Shown: piece by piece, positions 48,777 through 61,342 of the stretch
How positions within the stretch are numbered: position 1 is the first letter of the stretch
How the letters are laid out: every line of letters begins with the position of its first letter
Assembly (NCBI GenBank): GCA_951406725.2
Contig: OX597820.1
Coordinates: forward strand, 25,916,001 to 25,980,000
Length of the DNA: 64,000 bases
Reading direction: 5' to 3'
Origin: Octopus vulgaris
Taxonomy: Eukaryota
Program-made: the position numbers and the translations under genes
Notes under the pieces: model-generated
What the model was told of the DNA's origin: nothing
The model's input: only the letters and a program-made list of their open reading frames with translations
Database searches by the model: none

Positions 48777-50189
48777 TGTATATATGAATGTATTCATATA
48801 CATACACACATACATATGTTTAGTACACACACTCATATACATATGTATGTATGTATGTAGGTAGGTAGGTAGGTAGGTATGTGTGCATGTATGTGTATAT
48901 GTATGTATGTATATGCTTATATATGCTTAATACATTTCTAGAATCTCTTGGGAGAAGTGAGCTGAGAAAGTAGCCGAGCTACATAAAGCACTGCCCAATG
49001 CTTACAGAGGAAGCAACTACACTAAATTGAGCATGTGATGTGAATGTATGATGACTCTATGAATTACCATAAGAAATTACACTGCTTTCAATTAGAAGTG
49101 TTGTTAGGAAAGTCTGGAAGGAAGCTGGTACACAAAACATTGATGACATAACACAGAATTTCAGCACAAATTTTTTTTATCAGTGCCTATAGGACACCAG
49201 TGACAGCAAATCATATGTCCTCAAATCATTATTTTATTCACTTCTCTAATTTATCAGCAACTTTGTCACTTTAATCTTTTGATTAACTTTAAGCTCTATT
49301 AGAGTTTGGACCTATTAAGGTGACAGACAAACAATCATTATTCACCAGAGCAACAAACTTCAGCCACAAACAACAACAACAACAAATGATTGATAGCAAA
49401 CACACAAATATGAATTGACAATTCATACTCGACATGTTCGGATTTTTGTATTTCTGTTGAAATCATATTTACTATTTTGGTGGAATTATTTCAATGGCAG
49501 GTCAGTAATGTTCCTTGTTTAGTTAACAAAGATTTCTTGATGTTGTCATAAGTATTGTTCGGTTATTATCATGATGTTTTCATAAACATATACATGTATG
49601 TTTGTGTGTGTGTATTCCATCTATATAGCTAGCATTATCTCTAACTTTGGGTCAAAATGCATAAGATACAAGTGCAAAATGCATAAGATACAAGTCCAAC
49701 ACACACAACTCCACAAATGTAGAATGAAGTTATGTATATTACAACTAATGAAATATTTTGCATATTATAGAAGTGAGTTAGAAATTGTCTGGTATGTGTC
49801 ACAGAATTTCTTTTTTTTTCATATGCTCAGTCCACCAAACTTTAGAACCTGGCTATGCCTCTGAGTCTCAGGCCTACCAAAGCCTTGTGAAAGGGTTTAG
49901 TAAAAAGAAACTGAAAGAAGCCTATGTATGCACATGTCTGTTTGTGGGGGTGTTTGTATGTAACCTTGTCTAGACATCACATGATGATTGTAAATAAGCA
50001 TTGTCGTCATACAAGCTTGGTTGTTTGTCTCCAGTCTTCCTTGAAAAACATGTCCAGTTATGAGAAAATATTACCTTGCCTGGAAGCAGGTGAGGGAAGG
50101 TGATAGGACGAGCATCCAACCATAAAAAATCTGCCTCAAAAAGTTCCATTTGACTCATGGGAGCATGGAAAAGGTTATGTTAAATGATG

Positions 50190-50243
<54 letters not shown>

Positions 50244-50621
50244 AATCAGTAACATACACACTCACATACAGTCACAATGCCAAATATATGTATGTATCTA
50301 TCTTTTCTCTTCAGAAACATAATGGCACTCTAGGGCCACAATAAAGTATTCCTTACTTTTTATGGTTTTGTTTTTTTACAAGAAACAAATGGAACTCGAA
50401 CATTTTGAGCATAATGGATCATTCCAAGAATCTTTCCGGGGTATGTTCTTATAACCATTTTTAGCATTTCAATAAATTTAAAATCCACCATTAGTATGCC
50501 ATCACATATAGAGTACATGCTCACATCTTAGTATATCTTCCAGTTCTTTATGCTCTGAGTTTGAATGTCACTGAGATCAACTTTACTTTCCATCTTTTTG
50601 AAGTCAATAGAATAAAATACC

Positions 50622-50842
50622 TATTTCTTTACTACCCACAAGGGGCTAAACACAGAGGGGACGAACAAGGACAGGCAAACGTATTAAGTTGATTATATCG
50701 ACCCCCAGTGCGTAACTGGTACTTATTTAATCGACCCCGAAAGGATGAAAGGCAAAGTTGACCTCGGTGGAATTTGAACTCAGAACGTAGTGGCAGATGA
50801 AATACTGCTAAGCATTTCACCCGGCGTGCTAACATTTCTGCT
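50622..50842 (-). mobile_element. SINE family B nested in an older related SINE, 18-bp TSD
   Basis: tcaatagaataaaatacc at 50604-50621 and 50843-50860. Confidence 0.85.
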
Positions 50843-51615
50843 TCAATAGAATAAAATACCATTTAAGTACTAGGGTGGATATAAGTGCCTACCCACTACA
50901 ACTGCCACCGTCACCACCACCACTGCCACTGCCAACATCACTGCTGTCACTGCCACAGCCACTGCCACCGCCACCATCACCCCGTCAGTCATCCCTACTA
51001 CCCTTAAAATTGCTGGCCTTGTGCCTAAATCAGAAATCAGTTTATTGTAGGATATGAAGTTTGGAATCTTAGAATGTAAGTCTACAGAAAGATCTACTTG
51101 CTGATCAGTAACACGAATAAATATGCCTCACCTAGCCTCCACATCCTAAGACAGTAATAAACATTTGAAAAGGTTTCTTGATGTATCCAGAAATGGCAGC
51201 CTAATTTATCTCAAAGATTGGCAGGACAGAAATAGAATAGACAATATCTAGCCCAGGTATTCATCATCATCAAGTAGATTTTAACACCTACTTTTCCATG
51301 CTTACATGGGTTTGAAAGAGTCTAACTGAGGTAGATTTTTTTACAGCTGGATGCTGTTTCTGTTGCCAACCCTCACCTGTTTCCAAGCAATGTAATATTT
51401 CTCCATACCCAGACATGTCCTCACAGTATGTAGTAAATGAATGATGCTGCTTGTATGACACTGACAATCACTTACAACTATCATGTGATACCACAGCAAC
51501 ATGACACAAACACACACACATATTCACACACACACACACACACATACAACAGGCTTCTTTCAGTTTCTGTGTATGAAATTCACTCACAAGGCTTTGGTTG
51601 GTCCAGAACTATAAT

Positions 51616-51851
51616 ATATTTCTTTACTACCCACAAGGGGCTAAACATAGAATGGACAAAGAAGGACAGACAAAGGGATTAAGTCTATTACATCGACCCC
51701 CAGTGTGTAACTGGTACTTAATTTATTGACTCCGAAAGGATGAAAGGCAAAGTCAACCTTGGCGGAATTTGAACTCAGAACGTAGCGGCAGACGAAATAC
51801 GGCTACGCATTTCGCCCAGTGTGCTAACGTTTCTGCCAGCTCGCCGCCTTT
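51616..51851 (-). mobile_element. SINE family B, full length, nested in family A
   Basis: Minus-strand head aaggcggcgagctggcagaaacgttagc, tail gtagtaaagaaata. Confidence 0.8.
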
Positions 51852-52314
51852 CTAGAAGTATAATAGAAGAGGTTCCACAAAGCGGGACTTATATTGGAAC
51901 CATGTGGTTAGGAAGTAAACCTCATTGTTATAAATTCAATATTGCAGGATATTATTAACTTTACCTTTCTTCACCATGGGTCAGTGAAATCAGTGTTAGT
52001 AATAAAATGAAATTGATTTAATTGTCATATACTTTACTCCACCACATCCCACCTCTTAAAAAAATCTGGACATATGGCAACTGAAAAAAGAAATCAATGA
52101 ATATTTATGATTTCTCTCTTTGTCCTACACACACTCTCCCCTTTCCTCCCCCCTCTCACTTTTACACTTTTTACTTTTTGTTTGTTTTTCTTTTCACTAG
52201 GACCTGAACCAAATTTAGCCAGGCAGTTATACGATGAGACGCCAATATTCATAATAGGAAGTAAGTTAAAAAGGATATTTTATACATGAAAATGAAATGT
52301 ACATGTATATATAT

Positions 52315-53187
<873 letters not shown>

Positions 53188-53190
<3 letters not shown>

Positions 53191-53559
53191 GCAGTATCGC
53201 CCGGCGTTGCTCGGGTTTGTAAGGGAAATAACTATAAAGCATTTTTAGAGAGTTATAGCCAAAAAATGGAAAAAAAATTATGGTAAATTTTTTTTTTAGT
53301 TAAAAAGGTCGAGTTGCGTCCCCAAGACAGTCTGTGGTTTGTGTTTCTGATTCTCTACCCCATGTCGAATTTATCGATTTTTTTCAGAACTGGGGGAACT
53401 TTTCAAAATTTCCGCTGCGTTAGTTTTGAATTATGACATTGGGCTATGTGTGTGTCAAGTTTCATCAGAATCGGTTGAAAGCCGTGGTCAGGGTGAGGGT
53501 ACAAGCTAACAGACACACAGAAACACACACAGACAAACTGCCGTTTATATATAGAGAGA
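53188..53559 (-). mobile_element. Non-autonomous Helitron-like element, same family, opposite orientation
   Basis: CTAG terminus at 53188-53191, hairpin cccggcgttgctcggg, 5' end tctctctatatataaacggcagtttgtctg. Confidence 0.75.
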
Positions 53560-55750
53560 TATATACAAGATAAGAAAATGGAGAAATACATCTAAATCAA
53601 ATATCAATTACCAGATAATACTCAATCACATACTTTATTAAACCACCACATAAGAGACTGTAGGGTTAGATATAAAAGCAGAACAAATCAGTGTACATAA
53701 ATGAATGTACATAAAAAAGTGTACATACATATATATATATATATATGTACACACATACGCACACGCACACAGTCACACACATACACACACGTGCACACGG
53801 ATAAGAGTTGAAATGCTCTTCTCTACTCGGAGACTGAGGCATATGCATTTTGATGCACCAGTGAGATGTATAAATGTGAATAATAAAATTACTTTTCATC
53901 TCTAAACATGCAGTTTGATAGAATGAAAATACACACATGCACACACACATACACACATACACACACACACACATACATGTACATGTGTATGTGTGTGAAG
54001 GTACATGTACAGGTATACATAAGAACATGTACATAACAGCCATCTTCTATTTAGTATTTTGCTGAACAAAAGAAAAACTGGTTTGTGAAAGAAAGAGCAA
54101 GTTTTTCAAAGAATTTTCAGATATTTCAGATTTTAGAAATAAATTCTTGCCATTATTTTAATCATTCCTTTGCTTATAAATCGCTATCACAAACAAAGTA
54201 ACTTTGATCAAAAACCAAATCCTGTTTACTCTGCATTGTCGAAATAAACCCAAATTTTCAATCTGATTTTAGTAGAGTTATTTCCCTTGTTGCTTGCATT
54301 TAAATTTTAAAGATTGGATAGGAGGAATTATTTTTTGTATTAATTACCTGAATTATCAAGTTAATTGGAGTGTTTCAACTTATAAATTATAAATGTGAGG
54401 CCCTACTGTTATTTGTATTTTATAGGCAGAATCCTATCTGAGATGTTTTCCCCTAGTGATATCGTTGTTCTGTTCGCAAAACACAATATAACACCAAATC
54501 ATGTGCAGAATTTTGGGAAACTTCTGCTTATTCTCACAATTCCATCTATGAAGAGCTTTATTATTACTATTCTGTATAACTCCAATTCCTCAATGTTACT
54601 TTTATATTAATTTGGTCATGTAATCAACTGCATCAAATAACTATAGATACAAATGCAGCATCTTAGAAGACTCCATATGGATGTATGTACATGATACTAG
54701 ATTTGTATGTAATACTGGGCTGGATTCATGTTCAGAACTCTTATTTATTTCTAGACAAAGAGCTGTAATGCTCTTTTGCTCTGCAACACTGATGCATGTA
54801 CATGAGCATGTAGAATCAGTGGTAGTAATACAGAGGTGAATATTAAAAGAAATTCTTCTGGGTTGATGAAAATAAGTACCAACTGAGCACCAGGGTCAGT
54901 GTAATGGACTTACTCCCTCCCCAAAATTGCTGGTCTTGCGCTAAAATTTGAAATCAATACTGAAAGCAATTAACCCTTTAGCATTTAAACTGGCTATATC
55001 TGGCCCAAATAATCTATCTTTTTTATATGTTCAAAGTGGCCAGATTCAGCCGCTCTTCCAACGTCATTCAAAAAATAAACAGTCATATCATTGAAATCTT
55101 GAGAGTACAAGATAATGCATAATTAATTCATAACAATGTGAGTAAATAAGCATTACGTTTGACAGAATAATCCAAATGATAAAGTGAGAGGAAGACAGAA
55201 AGTTATCCTCAGAATGTTACAAGTATTTGACCTGGTTCAAGTGCTGAGGGCACTGAAGGGTCAGATGATGATATTAAACAAAGCAATGACAGACGTCTAG
55301 TCTATAGAAGCTCTGTTGTTATAAACAATTTCATTAATATTATATAATGATTCTTATTAGGAGTGAGTACATAATGACAATGTAATGATTATATAATGAG
55401 AAGAGTTCATCAGTGGAAAATGATAGGAAATGAGTGAGTTTAACAATCAAGCATTCATAGAAACTATTGTATATTAAACAGTAGTTCCAGACTATATCAC
55501 TGATATTATTTCACTGACTAAAAAATACAATGTAAAAAAAGGTAAAGACAGAAGGTAGCAGTCAACTGCTGGATTTAGCTTTCTCTTCATGCATGAAAGT
55601 TTTTGATTGGTTGTGTGGTTAAAAAGTCAGCTTGCTAACCACATGGTTTTGGGTTCGTTCCCACTGCATGGCATCTACTGTAGCACAGGGCCAAACAAGG
55701 CTTTGTGAGTGGGTTTGTAAGATGGAAACTGAAAGAAGCACATCAGCTCA

Positions 55751-55783
<33 letters not shown>

Positions 55784-56460
55784 ATACGTGTGCATGTGTG
55801 TGTGTGTGTGAATTCAAGTGTGTGTGCATGTGTTTGTGGTTCCTTGTCTTGACATTGTGGTTCATTATCTTGTATAGTGCTCCACTAGCACAGATGCCAG
55901 TCATTGAATTTGATTTCGATTTTGATTTCATGGTACATATCAGTATTTTATTTTATTTATTTATTTTTAAACCCAAAACTTATATTTAATTTGTGAATTT
56001 TTTTCTTTAAAATATTTTTCCTTTTTTTTTTCTTCAATTTTTGTAATTTTATTTTCTTTTTCTTTTTTTTTATTTAATGGAATGGCAAAACTAATCACTA
56101 AATACACAGAGTAATACAACCAGCTGCCACATTTTAAATAAAGCTGAAACTACCAATAACTACAATGACATACCAAATCTAAATTGATATGTCTCTGTAC
56201 TTATGTGACATAAACATGTAGGTTTATATACAGCCAGGTGCAAGCATGGATATATGGCAATGGTTAAGAAGTTTCTTTTCCAACCATGTGGTTTGGGGCA
56301 GAGTAGCTTTGAGCAAGTGTCTTCTACTTAAGCTTTGTGAGTGGAATTGGTAGACAGAAAATAAAAGAAGCTACCCGTCATATATGTATATATATACATG
56401 TGTGTGTGTGTTTGACATGCTGTCATTCTCCTATTCTCATGTCAAACACAGACACGCACA

Positions 56461-56496
<36 letters not shown>

Positions 56497-56763
56497 TACA
56501 CATGTATAAATACATATGGATATTCTATTATCCTTTTACTTGTTTCAGTCATTTGATTGTAGCCATGCTGGAGCACCACCTTTAGTCAAACAAATCGTCC
56601 CTCCAAGACTTATTTTTTGTAAGCCTAGTACTTAATCTGTCAGTCTCTTTTGCTGAACCACTAAGTTATGGGGATGTAAACACACCAACATTGGTGATCA
56701 AAGTGATTGAGAGGGGACAAACACAGACACACACACAAATATATATATATATATATATATATA

Positions 56764-56996
56764 CAGGGTGTCCCAAAAGTAGGTTTACAGTTATTCAACT
56801 ATCTCTTTCACATTTATATATAAACAGTTTAGATCTTAATTATAAAAAAATATGAAACCATTATTCTATGCTAATTTACTTAATTTTGTCAAGCTCCCGT
56901 TTCAGTTTGTAAGATAGAAATTTAAATGTAATAAAATGTTAAAAGAAATTTAAAGTGCCTATGTGATAACTGTAAGCTTACTGTTAGGCCACCCTA
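56764..56996. mobile_element. Tc1/mariner-type MITE nested in the (TA)n of a SINE
   Basis: TA|CAGGGTGTCCCAAAAGTAGGTTTACAGTTA ... TAACTGTAAGCTTACTGTTAGGCCACCCTA|TA. Confidence 0.7.
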
Positions 56997-57147
56997 TATA
57001 TATATATAAATATATACGACGGGCTTCTTTCAGTTTCTGTCTACCAAATCCACTCACAAAGCTTTGTTAGGCCTAAGGTGCCACACAGTGGGACTGAACC
57101 CAGAACCATGGGGTTGGGAAGCAAGCTTCTTACCACACAGCCACTCC

Positions 57148-57346
57148 TACATACAAACATACATACACACACATACATACACACACATACATACATACAT
57201 ACATACATACATACATACATACATACATACATACATACATACATACATACATACATACATACATACATACATACAAACATACATACATACACACACACAT
57301 ACATACAAACATACATACATACATACATACATACATACATACATAC
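57148..57346. repeat. (ACAT)n microsatellite
   Basis: Directly visible; source of the HTYI/MYVC pseudo-ORFs. Confidence 0.95.
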
Positions 57347-58144
57347 TTGACTCCATCGGTCATGAATAACAATGGGTGCACCTATGAGGTTCCCCTCTGT
57401 GGCACAAGCCTGGGCAGAAAATTGCCTCAGCAGCGAAAGCACAACCTAGGGTTGTTTTTATGGAAGACTAGCAGTCACCCATGCATACCAGCAACCCCTC
57501 TCCACGCCACCAATGTTATCCAAGGGAAAGACAAAGGCCAATACAGCTTGGTACCAGTGACATCGCAACTCATTTCTACAGCTGAGGGAACTGGAGCAAT
57601 GTGAAATAAAGTGCCTTGCTCAAGAACACAGTACGCAGCCTGGTCCGGGAAGCGAACTCACAACCTCATGATCGTAAGCTCGACACTCTAACCACTGAGC
57701 CATGCACCTTCACACATACATACAAACATACATTCAGGTGTCCCAAATGAACCAACTTTGCGGCAGGAGGTGCAGATGAGGGCAGCTGCATCAAACTCTC
57801 TCATGCACTAAATGTCAATTGCTAAAAAGCATTCGTGAAGTAAAATTATGTAGCAACACCAAATGACGGTGCCCCAGCAGGGCCACAGCTCATGAGCTGA
57901 AACTAGATGAAATAAAAAAATAAATAAATACATGCATGCATACATACATACATACATACATACATACATACATACATACATACACTAGTGTAGCTAGAGT
58001 GTGTGCCATCCAGAGAGACCCTTCAGTTTGCTGCCTCCAGACCCCCTCAAAGTATACATGTTGCTTACAGCAAAAGTGGTGTCACCCCTATAAAAGTGTG
58101 ACCTGGAGCAGACTGCCCCTCTGCTCAACTCTCACTTTGTTAGT

Positions 58145-58179
<35 letters not shown>

Positions 58180-58412
58180 CATGTATACATACATGCATGT
58201 ATACATACATACCTACATGCATACATACATTCTACAGTTTTATTGCCTATTTTGTTTTTACCAAATTTTTTAGCCTCATTAATTATTTGCATGGTCAAAA
58301 ATGTGACATTCCTTAACATTGCAATGCATATTTTTAGAAACGTGCACCAAAAACTTTAAATGCCTTTGTAATAATAATACCATTTAATGCTGTCTGTCAC
58401 TTTCTTTCCTTC

Positions 58413-58476
<64 letters not shown>

Positions 58477-59044
58477 ATTTTCCTCTTACTTTCTGTGTTT
58501 GTAAATCCTCCATAAGTGAATTTAACAAACATATTAAGAGAGGAACAATTTAATATATAAGAAGAACAGATGTAGAAAGCAGTTTCATGTAATTCAAATA
58601 TAAATACATACATACACACACACACATGCGTACATACACAAGCACACATACATACATACATCCATACATATATACATATATGGTTTTTGTCACCATGTAA
58701 TACGAACTTACAATAAATCCTGTCTGCTACTTGATTTCTAACTCAGCAGTACTAAATGAAGGAGACAGATATATTATATTCCGCATAGAATAACACATTA
58801 CATTAATATTGCTATGAAATCTGTGAGACGCTCCCAAGAGTAGCAGAAAGACATAAAGAATATATACCATACATAGAAATAATCATTTGAACACCCATTC
58901 AGGGTGGAATTAGTGCTCTAATTACCAATACTTATACACATTTAATAACCTCCCCACACTTCCACCCCATGTGTAAATCGAGCCCTTAAATGTTTTTGAA
59001 AATATAATCCCTCATCTCATGTATCAGAGATCAACCCTTTACCC

Positions 59045-59433
59045 TTACTCTTTTACTCTTTTAATCTTTTATTTGTTTCAGTCATTTGACTGTGGCCATG
59101 CTGGAGCACCGCTTTTAGCCAAGCAACTCGACCCCAGGACTTATTCTTTAGAAGCCTAGTACTTATTCTATCGCTCTCTTTTACCGAACCGCTAAGTTAA
59201 GGGGACGTAAACACACCAGCACTGATTGTCAAGCGATGTTGGAGGGACAAACACAGACACACACACATATATATGACAGGCTTCTTTCAGTTTCCGTCTA
59301 CCAAACCCACTCACAAGGCTTTGATCGACCCAAGGCTATAGTAGAAGACACTTGCCCTAGGTGCCACGCAGTGGGACTGAACATGGAACCATGTGGTTGG
59401 TAAGCAAGCTACTTACCACACAGCCACTCCTGC
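59045..59433 (-). mobile_element. tRNA-derived SINE family A, near full length
   Basis: Head gcaggagtggctgtgtggtaag on the minus strand, tail (gagtaaaa)n. Confidence 0.85.
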
Positions 59434-59529
59434 ATTCTTGTTCATTATTCACTACATCTACCCTTCAACTCAAACCAATCTCTACAGTTATTACTTATTC
59501 TTCCCTATCTTCTCTCTGTATTTGTCATC

Positions 59530-59930
59530 AGGTATAGGAGTGGCTGTGTGGTAAGTAGCTTTCTTACAAACCATATGGTTCCGGGTTCAGTCCCACTGCG
59601 TGGCACCTTGGGCAAGTGTCTTCTACTATAGCCTCGGGTCGACCAAAGCCTTGTGAGTGGATTTGGTAGACGGAAACTGAAAGAAGCCCATTGTATATAT
59701 GTATATATATATATATGTGTGTATGTGTGTGTATATGTTTGCGTGTCTGTGTTTGTTCCCCTAATATCCCTTGACAACCGATGCTGGTGTGTTTATGTCC
59801 CTGTAACTTAGCAGTTCGGCAAAAGAGACTGACAGTATAAGTACTAGGCTTCCAAAGAATAAGTCCTGGGGTCAATTTCCTCCAGCATGGCTACAGTCAA
59901 ATGCCTGAAACAAGTAAAAGAGTAAAAGAG
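59530..59930 (+). mobile_element. tRNA-derived SINE family A, near full length, head-to-head with the previous copy
   Basis: ggagtggctgtgtggtaag...aacaagtaaaagagtaaaagag. Confidence 0.85.
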
Positions 59931-61026
59931 CCACTTCTTAAACCCTTTTTCTTCATTATATTTACAATTTCTCATTCTCCTCATACACTCTTGTTCTTCT
60001 GTGCCTACTTCTATTCTCCCTTTTTACACTTAGGGTCCACTATTTTATCTCTCCTTCCAGTTCCCACTCTGGTTTCTTCCATCCACTTTTACATAGCTTG
60101 GGTATCCATGCTGCTTCTCTGCAACAAGAAACCTGTTCTGTTCGGGATCTTACTTTCATTTGTAAATCTCCCATCTCCTTGCACAAAGCTACCTTCCTCT
60201 GTTGTAGCCCCACTCAATCAAAAAAAAAACTTAATCTTGCAAGCTGCATGGCGACCTCACTAGTGTTGGTGTCACACACACAAAAAGAAAAGTGTCCAGT
60301 ACACTCTGTAGAATGGTTAACATTCAGAAACGCATCCAGCCATAGAAACTATGCCAATACAGCCACTGGATCATCATCGAGTTCTTGAACTCATTGGATC
60401 TTGTCAGAGCCTCCCACCCACTCCAGCATGGAAGAAGGATGTTAAAAGATGATGATGATGATGATGACGATTATTATGATTATAATAATCATGGTGATAA
60501 TGAGGAAGATGATGACAGCAGTGATAATGACGATGATGATGAATCATGAATGCATGCTTCCTACTGTATATACATCTGTGTATATAAATACATTTGTAGT
60601 GGAAGTGTATTGGATCTGTTATGTATGTATGTATGTATGTATGTATTTATGTATGTATGTATGTATGTAAGTGTGTGTGTGTGTGTGTGTGTGTGTATCT
60701 ATGTACGTAAAGAGGTAATTAGAACATTAAATCCTTACTGTATGTATTATTGCTGATGTGTAAGACTAGGTTATTCTGACTGAACAGGATTATCATCAAA
60801 GCTATTCCAGCTGAGACCCTCCAGTTTTATTTTCTATTTTTATTTATTTTTTTTTCAGATACAGAGCATCTAGGATTGCATTATCCACAGTTTTCTTTTT
60901 TTTTTCTTTAAGATTGGGTGGGGTTGAGATTTGAGAAAGTTTTGTCTCATATTCTTAACCAATTAAGTGATTACACAGTGGTTCCATACTTATCAAGAGA
61001 AAGTAATAAGGGGAGATATATATCAT

Positions 61027-61108
<82 letters not shown>

Positions 61109-61309
61109 ACATAGTTCAAGACTAGCATTTTTGCTTGTTATAAAATCAGTGACTGTGTGTTCACTTGCCAATCTTGATCTGGCAGAGTTTCTACAGCTGG
61201 ATGCCCTTCCTAATGCCAGCCACTCTGAGAGTGTAGTGGGTGCTTTTATATGCCACCAGCATGAGGGCCAGTCAGGTGGTACTGGCAACGACCACGAAAA
61301 AATCGTATA

Positions 61310-61342
<33 letters not shown>

